From NCBI RefSeq assembly GCF_000400465.1, contig NW_008806277.1, forward strand, positions 330,001 through 362,000: a DNA stretch of 32,000 nt. The letters are read 5' to 3'. The DNA is from Wallemia ichthyophaga EXF-994 (Eukaryota > Fungi > Basidiomycota). Below the pieces are notes generated by a model that saw only the letters and a list, made by a program, of their open reading frames with translations, did no database searches and was not told the origin of the DNA. Below, piece after piece: positions 31,366 through 32,000 of this stretch (positions within the stretch are counted from its first letter, which is position 1; each line of letters starts with the position of its first letter). Made by a program: the position numbers and the translations under genes.

Positions 31366-32000
31366 CTACGTCGTCGTTGTCTTGAACACCCGGCTCACCT
31401 TGTTCGTCGTCACAGCAGCACCGACGCCGACAGCGAGGAGGAGAGCGCCATCCGAGGCGAGTAGGGCGACGGCCGCGAGCATAAAGCGAGGAGCGAAGAC
31501 CTGCGACAAGTTACAGTTAGGTAAAGTTATTCCGCAAAATCGAGCAGCCATCGCCACCACATCTACCCACCTTCCACACCATAAGATGTCTACGGAAGTA
31601 TCCCGCTGCCCCCATGGCCGCGAGAGCTATAGCTGAGTGATAAGCCAGGAAAGCGCAAGCGGTGCGCAAGAGATGTGTATCCAACGGCGCGCTCCCATTC
31701 ACTCTCGGCGCCCTCTTCCAGTAGATGAGCAGAGGGAGGAAGGTAGCCGGCAAGACGAATCCAGCGAGGGTGTTCGCACCAACGAGGAGAGGCGCATAAG
31801 GATAAGACAGTGTAGGGAAACCCACAAACGCCGCCTTCCACTGCAGTGTGCTCAGTACAGCCTGGTGGCCGGTAGCGTAGAAAACGAGATGACCAAGTTG
31901 AGCCAGCCAAGCCGCACGCCAGAATGGCGGTGAAGGGGTGGGTGGTGTGCTCATTGCACCGTTTGCTCCCTTTTTGTAGCGCTGTGGACGTCGGATTAGC
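31366..32000 (-). CDS. GPI13: GPI ethanolamine-phosphate transferase 3 (Gpi13/PIG-O), 3' part only; intron 31570-31501
   Basis: FYATGHQAVLSTLQWKAAFVG and FRRHLMVWK|VFAPRFM, which are the conserved C-terminal motifs of the family. Confidence 0.88.

Noticed and set aside
1-32000. Transposons, CRISPR arrays, rRNA, prokaryote-type systems
   Set aside because: No transposase or reverse-transcriptase ORF, terminal repeats, repeat-spacer array or rRNA-like sequence. Nearly all DNA is explained by intron-containing fungal genes.

Overview
Eukaryotic DNA from an extremely gene-dense fungus, read as a basidiomycete. About 24 protein-coding genes sit in 32 kb, with GT-AG introns mostly 45-55 nt long. 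This is consistent with a Wallemia-like compact genome, which is inference and not a database result. Genes in order: AGC-type kinase (partial), cullin-3, Ahp1/Pmp20 peroxiredoxin, a spliced orphan absent from the ORF track, HIS6, a PPR protein, hydroxyacid-oxoacid transhydrogenase, Rtc3/SBDS-N protein, SPC1 (4 exons, absent from the ORF track), a short atypical prephenate dehydratase, Nem1-like phosphatase, FAP7, RPN6, a low-complexity orphan, AA5_1 copper radical oxidase, Kha1-like antiporter, Nug1 GTPase, ferric reductase, TOM40, ACOT13-like thioesterase, DID4/VPS2, LOG protein and GPI13 (partial). No tRNA, rRNA, transposon or CRISPR signal was seen. The most striking signal is gene architecture. 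Five head-to-head pairs have start codons only 18-56 nt apart, and in four of them one partner has an intron within its first 4-16 codons that could double as the other gene's promoter. Cullin-3 stops 21 nt upstream of, and in frame with, the kinase ATG. The thioesterase appears to need a non-canonical GG-AG intron. Exon models were built by hand from splice consensus and protein-family motifs and need RNA-seq confirmation.
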